Shown here one piece after another: positions 1 through 14,314 of a stretch of 64,000 nt of DNA. Source of the stretch: Macrostomum lignano. Lineage: Eukaryota. Each line of letters starts with the position of its first letter. Position 1 is the first letter of the stretch. The DNA lies in NCBI GenBank assembly GCA_002269645.1, contig NIVC01003611.1:24037-88036 (forward strand). Direction: 5' to 3'. The notes below the pieces were generated by a model, which was given only the letters and a program-made list of their open reading frames with translations, was not told the DNA's origin and did no database searches. Position numbers and translations under genes: made by a program.

Positions 1-67
1 AGGGTAGAGTGAGTGAGGGTGGAGTGAGTGAGAGCGCAGGGGCGGCAAGCACAGCCCAGACACAAAC

Positions 68-290
68 CGTGGCAGAGGAACAGGGGCTCGCCGGCATTGG
101 ACATCTCCTCGGAGGGGCTGAGGTAGGGGCACTCGGTCTCCACTGCCTGGCACCAGTCTGGACAAGGCTGCATCAGAGCCGATGCGGCCGCCTCGGCGAA
201 GCGACCCCTAGCGGCCTGCACGGTCCAGGCCTCTCTGGAGGTGTTGTGGACGGTAAAGTACACCGAGCAGAGCCAGTCGGTGTAGGCAAT
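68..290 (-). CDS. NALF1: Internal exon of NALCN auxiliary factor (FAM155/NALF, Mid1-like), cysteine-rich domain
   Basis: Not in the ORF track. Reverse strand reads acceptor ...ccacag| then IAYTDWLCSVYFTVHNTSREAW...LMQPCPDWCQAVETECPYLSPSEEMSNAGEPLFLCH(G), with a likely donor |gtttgt at 67. This resembles the FAM155A motif YKAWLCSEYF...PCKQYCLEVQTRCPFILP...GFICTG (recalled family knowledge). The phase-0 acceptor fits the donor at 13394. The 3' boundary is less certain because the frame stays open to the window edge. Confidence 0.7.
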
Positions 291-1129
291 CTGTGGATTT
301 TTTAAAAACAGATGCTTGACTGCCAAATACGTGTGTTAAAGAAACTTGTGAAACTCAACTTGATTTCATATCAGCTACCCTTTACGTATAGAATTATTGA
401 GATGAGCTAACCAGTAGGTCAATATGTAAATTTTTCAGAATGCAGAAAAAGCATCTGTAAGATCTAGAAATTCATTAAGGCTTGGTTTGGTATAGCGAGA
501 ATACATTGCTCACTGGGGCAAGCCTGCAGCTAATGAAGGATAACAGTCCACAAGGACGGGAACGGGACAGACAGCCGGACTCACTGATAGATGATGGATG
601 GAGGGCAGGTCAGTCCGGGTCCTGCTAGCGACAAACGGCAAATGGGTCGGGGCGGAATCAAATAGGAAGCGGTCGAAAGCTCCAACCTTTGCTTTCAACC
701 CCCCTCCCCCCTGACTCTGGGGTAAAGGGGCCGGCTGCTCTCCAGCAGAGAAAGGGGAAAAAGGATTTAGTCTGGAGCAGTGCCTGCACAAGAGTAGGAG
801 AAATTCCTCATATACATGTCAATGTGTCATAAGAAGGTTTATATGCGTAAAATTATATCTGTGCATTAGATTGAGTGCAGCAATAACTTTGTTTCATATT
901 GAACAGTCCAATCAGAATGAGAGCTGGTCATTAGCAGGGTTCCTCAAAGGACACGGGGTGACGCCGGGTGCAAGAGGTTGCTGGGAATGTATACTGGGCA
1001 GGTAAGAATGTGCAAGTTTTATAAAATTATACTCTTGGATACTTGCTGGCTAATGAAAACTAAAATAAAATAAATAAAAGTTTGAAATTTGAAACTAAAC
1101 CTAAACCTAAATTTTTTTTGAAACTTCAT

Positions 1130-2070
1130 CAGCGATGGTTTTCCCAACCTGAGACTTCTCCACCCTGAGGCTTCCCCAACCAGAGGCTTCCCAACCCTGA
1201 GGCTCCCCAACCCTGAGGCTCCCCAACCTGAGAATTCCCCAGACTTCCCCAACCTGAGACCTCCCCAGACTTCCCCAATCTGAGACTTTCCCAGACTTCC
1301 CCACCCTGAGTATTCCCCAGACTTCCCAACCCTGCCCTGAGACTTCCCCAGACTTTGCCACCCTGAGACTTCCCCAGACTTTGCCACCTTGAGACTTCCC
1401 CAGACTTCCCCACCCTGAGACTTCCCCAGACTTCCCCACCCTGAGACTTCCCCAGACTTTGCCACCCTAAGACTTCCCCAGACTTCCCCACCCTGAGTAT
1501 TCCCCAGACTTCCCAACCCTGCCCTGAGACTTCCCCAGACTTTGCCACCCTGAGACTTCCCCAGACTTTGCCACCCTGAGACTTCCCCAGACTTCCCCAC
1601 CCTGAGACTTCCCCAGACTTTGCCACCCTGAGACTTCCCCAGACTTTGCCACCCTGAGACTTCCCCAGACTTCCCCACCCTGAGACTTTCCCAGACTTTG
1701 CCACCCTGAGACTTCCCCAGACTTCCCAACCCTGCCCTGAGACTTCCCCAGACTTCCCCACCCTGAGACTTCCCCAGACTTTGCCACCCTGAGACTTCCC
1801 AGACTTCCCCACCCTGAGACTTCCCCAGACTTCCCCACCCTGAGACTTCCCCACCCTGAGACTTCCCCAGACTTCCCAACCCTGCCCTGAGACTTCCCCA
1901 GACTTTGCCACTCTGAGACTTCCCCAGACTTTGCCACCCTGAGACTTTCCCAGACTTTGCCACCCTGAGACTTCCCCAGACTTCCCAACCCTGCCCTGAG
2001 ACTTCCCCAGACTTCCCAACCCTGAGACTTCCCCACCCTGAGACTTCCCCAACCTGAGACTCCTCTCAAC
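1130..2070. repeat. Minisatellite, ~26-27-bp composite unit (CCACCCTGAGACTT-CCCCAGACTT); second copy at 7495-8435
   Basis: Visible tandem array. Confidence 0.95.
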
Positions 2071-2879
2071 CTAAACTTACCCCAACTGAAAATTCACGAA
2101 CCGAAGCTGCTACTAATACTACTTAGCAAACAGTTTTGCACGAGAGTAATACCCATCTGCAAAGAAGTTATAACTGACATCATACCGGTAATCCGATCGG
2201 CTGTCACTCATTTATTATGAAAGCTGGAATTCATTGAAATTCGCGCCAACACCAGTAAACTATCTGGCACCACAGTGGCCGAATTTAAGGCAAAAACGAA
2301 GCCTTCACTCGCCTGACCAGGCAACAAATTCGTCTCAAAAGTCGGCCTAGCCCGCACTCCTCACCCCCTCACTGCCGGGTTGTTGTGTTTAAGCTGCTTA
2401 GGCGGGAAAGTGATTAAAAGTACAGATTGACAGGGAATTCAGTAAGCGGACCGATAAACGGATGGAGCTTTTGAAAATGACATGAGAGAGGGAGAGGGGA
2501 CAGGGGGGGGGGGGGGCAGCCCCACTTCACCTATTATTTGGCGGGTCTGCAGCAGCCAGGACTGGACAGAGAGGGAACTGAGGCGGGGAAGAGTGGCTTG
2601 GAGCTGGAGATCGGTGGGAGGGAGGCTAGAGAAAGTGCAAGTCAATCCGACGACCACCGCAGCCACATCGGTAGATCGCCATCTCTATTGGCATTATACT
2701 TCTCCCCTGAGGCTTGCAATGCTGACCGCCGAGCGCGCCCCTCACTCTTTTGGGAATTCCCAATAGATGTAGACAGGGAACCACCGAGTATTGACAGTAA
2801 AAAATTACGGCATTAATGATTACGAATCGAATGGGTAGCACGATGAATTCGAGCGTATGCACCATTTCCAGCGACTTTC

Positions 2880-5450
2880 TCTCAGCTATTCCTGATGCCA
2901 CTTTCTCTCAACTGTGCCATTCCCGATGCCACTTTCTCTCAACTGTGCCATTCCCGATGCCACTTTCTCTCAACTGTGCATTCCGATGCCACTTTCTCTC
3001 AACTGTGCCATTCCCGATGCCACTTTCTCTCAACTGTGCCGTTCCCGATGCCGCTTTCTCTCAACTGTGCCATTTCTGATGCCACTTTCTCTCAAATGTG
3101 CCACTCCCAATGCCACTTTCTCTCAACTGTGCCATTCCTGATGCCACTTTCTCTCAACTGTGCCATTTCAGATGCCACTTTCTCTCAAATGTGCCATTTC
3201 TGATGCCGCTTTCTCTCAACTGTGCCATTTCTGATGCCACTTTCTCTCAAATGTGCCACTCCCAATGCCACTTTCTCTCAACTGTGCCATTCCTGATGCC
3301 ACTTTCTCTCAACTGTGCCATTTCTGATGCCACTTTCTCTCAACTGTGCCATTTCTGATGCCACTTTCTCTCAACTGTGCCATTCCCGATGCCACTTTCT
3401 CTCAACTGTGCCATTCCTGATGCCACTTTCTCTTAACTGTCCATTTCTGATGCACTTTCGCTCAAATGTGCCATTTCTGATGCCACTTTCTCTCAACAGT
3501 GCTATTCCAATGTCACTTTCTCTTAACAGTGCCATTCCGACGCCACTTTCTCCCAACTGTGCCACTCTCTCACACCTGCACTGCACCCCAACTTCCCTAA
3601 CAAGGGGTTGAAAAATTCAAATTAAACTCAAAAGGAAAAAGAAATTTGCGATTCAATCCGTTGAACACGCAGGCAGAGAGGATGGGGCGCGTCGGAGGAA
3701 AACTGTCTCCGAAGCAGAGCTCCTCAGGCTGGGCAACGCGCAGACTCCCTTTCGCAGGGCGCCAATTACTCATTTCGCTTCATCTTCTCTTCCTCATCCA
3801 GTACTCCTCTGCGCCTCTTCGCTCACCAGTCGTTATCCATCTCCCTCTGGCTAGGCGGCCCCACAGCTCGCTTCGACTAAGAGTCGGAATAAAAAAAATA
3901 AAAGACGGAGAAAGTGAGATTGAGTCCGGCGCTCCCCCCCCCACTCCCGTCCCTAAAGTCGGAATCCTCGCCCTTCTTGGTATTTTCCGCTACGTCCTCT
4001 GCTAGCTCGCCTTCGCCTGCCGTCCCCTGAGCTCTCGCTTTTTCTCCTCTTCTCCGCCCCGCTCCCCCTTCCTTCGCTCTAGTTTTCGTTCGCCGCCCCG
4101 TTTACTTGATTGAAAAACGCCCCCCTCTCCCAGCCCGGCTGTCGCCTCGGCTACTCGCTGGGTTTTGTCACTAGCTTCACTGGGACTCTCGAGTCCTCAC
4201 AGCTTCTCTGCTGCATCTGGCTAGTAACAACTAGCACAGAGCGATAGTTTCTCTATTCTCTGCAGGCTACATGCGGCGTTTCCGGCTGTTTGCATTACGA
4301 GCGTAGATTTGCGAAAGCTATTATTCAATCGTGCCATTCCCGATGCCACTTTCTCTCAACTGTGCCATTCCTGACGCCACTCTCTCTCAACTGTGTCATT
4401 CCCGATGCCACTTTCTCTCAACTATGCCATTCCCGATGCCACTTTCTCTCAACTGTGCCCCCATTCCCGATGCCACTTTCTCTCAACTGTGCCCCATTCC
4501 CGATGCCACTTTCTCTCAACTGTGCCATTCCGATGCCACTTTCTCTCAACTGTGCCATTCCCGATGCCACTTTCTCTCAACTGTGCCCTATTCCCGATGC
4601 CACTTTCTCTCAACTGTGCCATTCCCGATGCCACTTTTCCTCAACTGTGCCATTCCCGATGCCACTTTCTCTCAACTGTGCCATTCCCGATGCCACTTTC
4701 TCTCAACTGTGCCATTCCTGACGCCACTTCTCTCAACTGTGTCATTCCCGATGCCACTTTCTCTCAACTGCCATTCCGATGCCACTTTCTCTCAACTGTG
4801 CCCCATTCCTCGATGCCACTTTCTCTCAACTGTGCCCCATTCCCGATGCCACTTTCTCTCAACTGTGCCATTCCGATGCCACTTTCTCTCAACTGTGCCA
4901 TTCCCGATGCCACTTTCTCTCAACTGTGCCCCTATTCCCGATGCCACTTTCTCTCAACTGTGCCATTCCCGATGCCACTTTTCTCTCAACTGTGCCATTC
5001 CCGATGCCACTTTCTCTCAACTGTGCCATTCCCGATGCCACTTTCTCTCAACTGTGCCATTCCCGATGCCACTTTCTCTCAACTGTGGCCATTCCCGATG
5101 CCACTTTCCTCTCAACTGTGCCATTCCCGATGCCACTTTCTCTCAACTGTGCCCCTTCCCGATGCACTTTCTCTCAACTGTGCCCCCATTCCCGATGCAC
5201 TTTCTCTCAACTGTGCCCCCATTCCCGATGCCACTTTCTCTCAACTGTGCCCCATTCCCGATGCCACTTTCTCTCTACTGTGCCATTCCCGATGCCACTT
5301 TTTCTCAACTGTGCCATTCCCGATGCCACTTTCTCCTCACTGTGCCATTCCCGATGCCACTTTCTCTCAACTGTGCCCCCATTCCCCGATGCCACTTTCT
5401 CTCAACTGTGCATTCCGATGCACTTTATCCATAACTGTGCCATTCCCAAA
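2880..5450. repeat. Two arrays of 31-bp unit TGCCACTTTCTCTCAACTGTGCCATTCCCGA (2880-3570, 4330-5450); duplicated at 9245-9935 and 10705-11845
   Basis: Visible tandem arrays separated by a unique spacer. Confidence 0.95.
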
Positions 5451-6071
5451 AGCAATAATCATAAAAACATTTATTTTATAAACTGCACAATTCTGGCACG
5501 CCAAGTTTTTTATCTAGCTAGCTGTGGCCAACGGTAGACGCGAAAATGGCAAGTGTGCAGTTTATCGCTTCTGTTTTGAATTTCATGTTTTGTTGTAACG
5601 CCGTTTAAAAAAAAACTGCAAAACAGGAAAAATTTATCAAGCAAATAGTTGCACGAAAAATCTGGATGAACTCAATTCTGTACTTTTGACTCTGGAAAAT
5701 CATGCCAGACAATATGCATTAATCCGTTGGCTACTCCACTCGACTCGTATCCTCATCGATTAATGATCATCTAAATAACTGCTACAGCAAACATGACGTC
5801 CGCCTCACTGCCCGAGCGCCATGGCCAAACTCCCGGGATGAAAATTGCGGGTTAGGCAGCCCGGATGGGCTTGAGTTATTGGCACTGGTTGGACACGCAC
5901 TCAGGCCTTTCAGCATTGCATGCGGCCTGGTCCATGTCCGCATGCTTACAGGCTGCAGCTGACAGACAGGAACAGCCTTGCGTTTTTTTTTTTGTTTTTC
6001 TCAACTCTGTGTGCCTACATCTTTTTATCTGTGCCTTATTTCCGCGCCTGCTGCCTGCCTGCCTGCCTGCC

Positions 6072-6138
<67 letters not shown>

Positions 6139-6143
6139 ATGTG

Positions 6144-6190
<47 letters not shown>

Positions 6191-6201
6191 ATGTGTGTCT
6201 G

Positions 6202-6246
<45 letters not shown>

Positions 6247-6264
6247 GCTGTCTGTCTGTCTGTC

Positions 6265-6677
6265 NNNNNNNNNNNNNNNNNNNNNNNNNNNNNNNNNNNN
6301 NNNNNNNNNNNNNNNNNNNNNNNNNNNNNNNNNNNNNNNNNNNNNNNNNNNNNNNNNNNNNNNNNNNNNNNNNNNNNNNNNNNNNNNNNNNNNNNNNNNN
6401 NNNNNNNNNNNNNNNNNNNNNNNNNNNNNNNNNNNNNNNNNNNNNNNNNNNNNNNNNNNNNNNNNNNNNNNNNNNNNNNNNNNNNNNNNNNNNNNNNNNN
6501 NNNNNNNNNNNNNNNNNNNNNNNNNNNNNNNNNNNNNNNNNNNNNNNNNNNNNNNNNNNNNNNNNNNNNNNNNNNNNNNNNNNNNNNNNNNNNNNNNNNN
6601 NNNNNNNNNNNNNNNNNNNNNNNNNNNNNNNNNNNNNNNNNNNNNNNNNNNNNNNNNNNNNNNNNNNNNNNNNNNNN
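6265..6677. other. Assembly gap (413 N)
   Basis: Run of N. Confidence 1.
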
Positions 6678-9600
6678 ACAGATGCTTGACTGCCAAATAC
6701 GTGTGTTAAAGAAACTTGTGAAACTCAACTTGATTTCATATCAGCTACCCTTTACGTATAGAATTATTGAGATGAGCTAACCAGTAGGTCAATATGTAAA
6801 TTTTTCAGAATGCAGAAAAGCAGCTGTAAGATCTAGAAATTCATTAAGGCTTGGTTTGGTATAGCGAGAATACATTGCTCACTGGGGCAAGCCTGCAGCT
6901 AATGAAGGATAACAGTCCACAAGACGGGAACGGGACAGACAGCCGGACTCACTGATAGATGATGGATGGAGGGCAGGTCAGTCCGGGTCCTGCTAGCGAC
7001 AAACGGCAAATGGGTCGGGGCGGAATCAAATAGGAAGCGGTCGAAAGCTCCAACCTTTGCTTTCAACCCCCCTCCCCCCTGACTCTGGGTAAAGGGGCGC
7101 TGCTCTCCAGCAGAGAAAGGGGAAAAAGGATTTAGTCTGGAGCAGTGCCTGCACAAGAGTAGGAGAAATTCCTCATATACATGTCAATGTGTCATAAGAA
7201 GGTTTATATGCGTAAAATTATATCTGTGCATTAGATTGAGTGCAGCAATAACTTTGTTTCATATTGAACAGTCCAATCAGAATGAGAGCTGGTCATTAGC
7301 AGGGTTCCTCAAAGGACACGGGGTGACGCCGGGTGCAAGAGGTTGCTGGGAATGTATACTGGGCAGGTAAGAATGTGCAAGTTTTATAAAATTATACTCT
7401 TGGATACTTGCTGGCTAATGAAAACTAAAATAAAATAAATAAAAGTTTGAAATTTGAAACTAAACCTAAACCTAAATTTTTTTTGAAACTTCATCAGCGA
7501 TGGTTTTCCCAACCTGAGACTTCTCCACCCTGAGGCTTCCCCAACCAGAGGCTTCCCAACCCTGAGGCTCCCCAACCCTGAGGCTCCCCAACCTGAGAAT
7601 TCCCCAGACTTCCCCAACCTGAGACCTCCCCAGACTTCCCCAATCTGAGACTTTCCCAGACTTCCCCACCCTGAGTATTCCCCAGACTTCCCAACCCTGC
7701 CCTGAGACTTCCCCAGACTTTGCCACCCTGAGACTTCCCCAGACTTTGCCACCTTGAGACTTCCCCAGACTTCCCCACCCTGAGACTTCCCCAGACTTCC
7801 CCACCCTGAGACTTCCCCAGACTTTGCCACCCTAAGACTTCCCCAGACTTCCCCACCCTGAGTATTCCCCAGACTTCCCAACCCTGCCCTGAGACTTCCC
7901 CAGACTTTGCCACCCTGAGACTTCCCCAGACTTTGCCACCCTGAGACTTCCCCAGACTTCCCACCCTGAGACTTCCCCAGACTTTGCCACCCTGAGACTT
8001 CCCCAGACTTTGCCACCCTGAGACTTCCCCAGACTTCCCCACCCTGAGACTTTCCCAGACTTTGCCACCCTGAGACTTCCCCAGACTTCCCAACCCTGCC
8101 CTGAGACTTCCCCAGACTTCCCCACCCTGAGACTTCCCCAGACTTTGCCACCCTGAGACTTCCCCAGACTTCCCCACCCTGAGACTTCCCCAGACTTCCC
8201 CACCCTGAGACTTCCCCACCCTGAGACTTCCCCAGACTTCCCAACCCTGCCCTGAGACTTCCCCAGACTTTGCCACTCTGAGACTTCCCCAGACTTTGCC
8301 ACCCTGAGACTTTCCCAGACTTTGCCACCCTGAGACTTCCCCAGACTTCCCAACCCTGCCCTGAGACTTCCCCAGACTTCCCAACCCTGAGACTTCCCCA
8401 CCCTGAGACTTCCCCAACCTGAGACTCCTCTCAACCTAAACTTACCCCAACTGAAAATTCACGAACCGAAGCTGCTACTAATACTACTTAGCAAACAGTT
8501 TTGCACGAGAGTAATACCCATCTGCAAAGAAGTTATAACTGACATCATACCGGTAATCCGATCGGCTGTCACTCATTTATTATGAAAGCTGGAATTCATT
8601 GAAATTCGCGCCAACACCAGTAAACTATCTGGCACCACAGTGGCCGAATTTAAGGCAAAAACGAAGCCTTCACTCGCCTGACCAGGCAACAAATTCGTCT
8701 CAAAAGTCGGCCTAGCCCGCACTCCTCACCCCCTCACTGCCGGGTTGTTGTGTTTAAGCTGCTTAGGCGGGAAAGTGATTAAAAGTACAGATTGACAGGG
8801 AATTCAGTAAGCGGACCGATAAACGGATGGAGCTTTTGAAAATGACATGAGAGAGGGAGAGGGGACAGGGGGGGGGGGGGCAGCCCCACTTCACCTATTA
8901 TTTGGCGGGTCTGCAGCAGCCAGGACTGGACAGAGAGGGAACTGAGGCGGGGAAGAGTGGCTTGGAGCTGGAGATCGGTGGGAGGGAGGCTAGAGAAAGT
9001 GCAAGTCAATCCGACGACCACCGCAGCCACATCGGTAGATCGCCATCTCTATTGGCATTATACTTCTCCCCTGAGGCTTGCAATGCTTGACCGCCGAGCG
9101 CGCCCCTCACTCTTTTGGGAATTCCCAATAGATGTAGACAGGGAACCACCGAGTATTGACAGTAAAAAATTACGGCATTAATGATTACGAATCCGAATGG
9201 GTAGCACGATGAATTCGAGCGTATGCACCATTTCCAGCGACTTTCTCTCAGCTATTCCTGATGCCACTTTCTCTCAACTGTGCCATTCCCGATGCCACTT
9301 TCTCTCAACTGTGCCATTCCCGATGCCACTTTCTCTCAACTGTGCCATTCCCGATGCCACTTTCTCTCAACTGTGCCATTCCCGATGCCACTTTCTCTCA
9401 ACTGTGCCGTTCCCGATGCCGCTTTCTCTCAACTGTGCCATTTCTGATGCCACTTTCTCTCAAATGTGCCACTCCCAATGCCACTTTCTCTCAACTGTGC
9501 CATTCCTGATGCCACTTTCTCTCAACTGTGCCATTTCAGATGCCACTTTCTCTCAAATGTGCCATTTCTGATGCCGCTTTCTCTCAACTGTGCCATTTCT

Positions 9601-12439
9601 GATGCCACTTTCTCTCAAATGTGCCACTCCCAATGCCACTTTCTCTCAACTGTGCCATTCCTGATGCCACTTTCTCTCAACTGTGCCATTTCTGATGCCA
9701 CTTTCTCTCAACTGTGCCATTTCTGATGCCACTTTCTCTCAACTGTGCCATTCCCGATGCCACTTTCTCTCAACTGTGCCATTCCTGATGCCACTTTCTC
9801 TTAACTGTGCCATTTCTGATGCCACTTTCGCTCAAATGTGCCATTTCTGATGCCACTTTCTCTCAACAGTGCTATTCCCAATGTCACTTTCTCTTAACAG
9901 TGCCATTCCCGACGCCACTTTCTCCCAACTGTGCCACTCTCTCACACCTGCACTGCACCCCAACTTCCCTAACAAGGGGTTGAAAAATTCAAATTAAACT
10001 CAAAAAGGAAAAAGAAATTTGCGATTCAATCCGTTGAACACGCAGGCAGAGAGGATGGGGCGCGTCGGAGGAAAACTGTCTCCGAAGCAGAGCTCCTCAG
10101 GCTGGGCAACCGCGCAGACTCCCTTTCGCAGGGGCGCCAATTACTCATTTCGCTTCATCTTCTCTTCCTCATCCAGTACTCCTCTCGCGCCTCTTCGCTC
10201 ACCAGTCGTTATCCATCTCCCTCTGGCTAGGCGGCCCCACAGCTCGCTTCGACTAAGAGTCGGAATAAAAAAAATAAAAGACGGAGAAAGTGAGATGAGT
10301 CCGGCCGCTCCCCCCCCCCCACTCCCGTCCCTAAAGTCGGAATCCTCGCCCTTCTTGGTATTTTCCGCTACGTCCTCTGCTAGCTCGCCTTCGCCTGCCG
10401 TCCCCTGAGCTCTCGCTTTTTTCTCCTCTTCTCCGCCCCGCTCCCCCTTCCTTCGCTCTAGTTTTCGTTCGCCGCCCCGTTTACTTGATTGAAAAACGCC
10501 CCCCTCTCCAGCCCGGCTGTCGCCTCGGCTACTCGGCTGGGTTTTGTCACTAGCTTCACTGGGACTCTCGAGTCCTCACAGCTTCTCTGCTGCATCTGGC
10601 TAGTAACAACTAGCACAGAGCGATAGTTCTCTATTCTCTGCAGGCTACATGCGGCGTTTCCGGCTGTTTGCATTACGAGCGTAGATTTGCGAAAGCTATT
10701 ATTCAATCGTGCCATTCCCGATGCCACTTTCTCTCAACTGTGCCATTCCTGACGCCACTCTCTCTCAACTGTGTCATTCCCGATGCCACTTTCTCTCAAC
10801 TATGCCATTCCCGATGCCACTTTCTCTCAACTGTGCCCCCATTCCCGATGCCACTTTCTCTCAACTGTGCCCCCATTCCCGATGCCACTTTCTCTCAACT
10901 GTGCCATTCCCGATGCCACTTTCTCTCAACTGTGCCATTCCCGATGCCACTTTCTCTCAACTGTGCCCCTATTCCCGATGCCACTTTCTCTCAACTGTGC
11001 CATTCCCGATGCCACTTTCTCTCAACTGTGCCATTCCCGATGCCACTTTCTCTCAACTGTGCCATTCCCGATGCCACTTTCTCTCAACTGTGCCATTCCT
11101 GACGCCACTCTCTCTCAACTGTGTCATTCCCGATGCCACTTTCTCTCAACTATGCCATTCCCGATGCCACTTTCTCTCAACTGTGCCCCCATTCCCGATG
11201 CCACTTTCTCTCAACTGTGCCCCCATTCCCGATGCCACTTTCTCTCAACTGTGCCATTCCCGATGCCACTTTCTCTCAACTGTGCCATTCCCGATGCCAC
11301 TTTCTCTCAACTGTGCCCCTATTCCCGATGCCACTTTCTCTCAACTGTGCCATTCCCGATGCCACTTTCTCTCAACTGTGCCATTCCCGATGCCACTTTC
11401 TCTCAACTGTGCCATTCCCGATGCCACTTTCTCTCAACTGTGCCATTCCCGATGCCACTTTCTCTCAACTGTGCCCCCATTCCCGATGCCACTTTCTCTC
11501 AACTGTGCCATTCCCGATGCCACTTTCTCTCAACTGTGCCCCCATTCCCGATGCCACTTTCTCTCAACTGTGCCCCCATTCCCGATGCCACTTTCTCTCA
11601 ACTGTGCCCCCATTCCCGATGCCACTTTCTCTCAACTGTGCCCCCATTCCCGATGCCACTTTCTCTCTACTGTGCCATTCCCGATGCCACTTTTTCTCAA
11701 CTGTGCCATTCCCGATGCCACTTTCTCTCAACTGTGCCATTCCCGATGCCACTTTCTCTCAACTGTGCCCCCATTCCCGATGCCACTTTCTCTCAACTGT
11801 GCCATTCCCGATGCCACTTTATCCTAACTGTGCCATTCCCAAAAGCAATATCAAAAACATTTATTTTATAAACTGCACAATTCTGCACGCCAAGTTTTTA
11901 TCTAGCTAGCTGTGCCAACGGTAGACGCGAAAATGGCAAGTGTGCAGTTTATCGCTTCTGTTTGAATTTCATGTTTTGTTGTAACGCCGTTTAAAAAAAA
12001 CTGCAAAACAGGAAAAATTTATCAAGCAAATAGTTGCACGAAAAATCTGGATGAACTCAATTCTGTACTTTTGACTCTGGAAAATCATGCCAGACAATAT
12101 GGCATTAATCGTTGGCTACTCCACTCGACTCGGTATCCTCATCGATTAATGATCATCTAAATAACTGCTACAGCAAACATGACGTCCGCCTCACTGCCCG
12201 AGCGCCCATGGCCAAACTCCCGGGATGAAAATTGCCGGGTTAGGCAGCCCGGATGGGCTTGAGTTATTGGCACTGGTTGGACACGCACTCAGCCTTTCAG
12301 CATTGCATGCGGCCTGGTCCATGTCCGCATGCTTACAGGCTGCAGCTGACAGACAGGAACAGCCTTGCGTTTTTTTTTTGTTTTTCTCACTCTGTGTGCC
12401 TACATCTTTTTATCTGTGCCTTATTTCCGCGCCTGCTGC

Positions 12440-12456
12440 CTGCCTGCCTGCCTGCC

Positions 12457-12523
<67 letters not shown>

Positions 12524-12528
12524 ATGTG

Positions 12529-12587
<59 letters not shown>

Positions 12588-12588
12588 G

Positions 12589-12633
<45 letters not shown>

Positions 12634-12656
12634 GCCTGTCTGTCTGTCTGTCTGTG

Positions 12657-12747
<91 letters not shown>

Positions 12748-12752
12748 ATGTG

Positions 12753-12811
<59 letters not shown>

Positions 12812-12836
12812 ATGTGTGTCTGTCTGTCTGTCTGTG

Positions 12837-12921
<85 letters not shown>

Positions 12922-12948
12922 GCCTGCCTGTCTGTCTGTCTGTCTGTG

Positions 12949-13027
<79 letters not shown>

Positions 13028-13032
13028 ATGTG

Positions 13033-13075
<43 letters not shown>

Positions 13076-13104
13076 ATGTCTGTCTGTCTGTCTGTCTGTA
13101 TGTG

Positions 13105-13167
<63 letters not shown>

Positions 13168-13170
13168 GCC
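12440..13170. repeat. (GTCT)n microsatellite (truncated copy at 6050-6264)
   Basis: Visible. Confidence 0.98.
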
Positions 13171-13393
13171 TGTGCCCGTCTGTCTGTTTTCTATTTACTT
13201 ATCATGACTGTCCTGCTAATTTATTTCATACAACAATTTTATTAGGTCATTAGGCTCTTACTCAATTGGGGGAGTTAATGCTGAGTTATTTTTACACCCA
13301 AGATCATCGCTGGAGGTCGCAGGGGATCCTGGTAAATCCTGGCATCCAATGAGCATTTTGCAAAAAACAGACCCAAATCAAAACTGGACTCAC

Positions 13394-14314
13394 CTGACAT
13401 TGTTTCAGGCTTTCAATGTGCTCCTGACTATGCGCCGATTTTGCTTTAAAATACATCTGATTGAGCAGCCCGCCGAAGTGGTTTGAGACGGCGCGCAACT
13501 GGTCGGACCGGTCAGCAACCGCCCTGGCGCACTGGCACAGCAGTCGGGACAGGTTCAATGCGCCAGTCAAGGATGGGGCTAGTGATGAGGCTAACGGAGG
13601 CTGCAATAGCGGACTGTCCTCTATGAATGAGCTGAGGCTGGCTCCGCCGAAGCTGCTTGAATTGTAAACGAGGCCGCTGCTACTAGAAGCAGTCGGGGAA
13701 GCAGAAGAGGAAGCAGCAACAGCAGCCGGAGTTGTTGCGCCACTAGTTGAGCTGGCGGCCAGCAGGAGGGCCCGGGTGGCCTCGGCCGGTCCGAGCAGCA
13801 GCGCCGAGCAGCCGCTTGGCGGCACTCCGGCGTCAAATTCGAACTTCTTTGTAGTGTCGAACGCGTTGCCGGCGGATCCGGGCAGCGGCTCGGCGCCCGG
13901 TTGCCCGGGAAACATTGGCAGCACGGTTGCTAGGGGCAGATGGGGACAATGGCGAACTCGCAGCCAGGCGGCCGACAGAGCCTCTAATCTGGCGGCCAGA
14001 GCGACGCTGTCCGAGTCGCCTGGACAGAGGCCGAGGCTGTCAATCAGTTGCGGGGCCAGTTCAACCGGGGACGGAGGCGAACGGCGTTTGGCCCTATTAA
14101 TAATTGGCCGCTGGCCCGGCGCCGGGCCCAGAGACAGCACGGCGGCTAAGAAGGCGTCGGAATTGGCGGCGGCCTTCGAAGCCGAAGCGGCCGCCGCGGC
14201 GGTGGCAACGAACGCGCAAGCCAGCAGGCAGAGCCTGGCGGCCAGCGAAGGCGTCAGCGAGCCGGGCCAAGGAGCGCGCAACGACGACGACAGTTGGTGC
14301 CGGCTTCGTCGCAT
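13394..14314 (-). CDS. NALF1: First coding exon (307 codons) of the NALF/FAM155-like gene
   Basis: ATG at 14314; N-terminal hydrophobic segment LAARLCLLACAFVATAAAA; Cys-containing region; ends ...ESLKQCQ at a strong phase-0 CAG|GTGAGT donor (13394/13393). Joined to exon 68-290 it gives KQCQ-IAYTDWLC, like CK-AVYKAWLC in FAM155. The frame is open a little upstream of the ATG, to about 14470. Confidence 0.65.

Larger units (their letters stand above)
308..13170 (+). repeat. ~6.4-kb direct duplication (308-6264 vs 6678-~12650) flanking a 413-N gap
   Basis: Sequence resumes after the gap at 6678 with ACAGATGCTTGACTGCC, identical to 308. The copies differ mainly by 1-nt indels and satellite copy number. 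Confidence 0.95.

Noticed and set aside
9-305. Plus-strand 98-aa ORF
   Set aside because: Antisense shadow of the NALF exon at 68-290.
308-13170. 6.4-kb tandem duplication as a real segmental duplication
   Set aside because: The second copy starts exactly at the end of the N gap, the first ends in a microsatellite at the gap, and the differences are mostly 1-nt indels. This is typical of an unmerged contig overlap; half read depth would confirm it.
1019-13253. Long ORFs such as MAKSGKVSGW..., MPFPMPLSLN..., CLSVCLSV...
   Set aside because: Translations of tandem repeats, open in several frames, some running through Ns.
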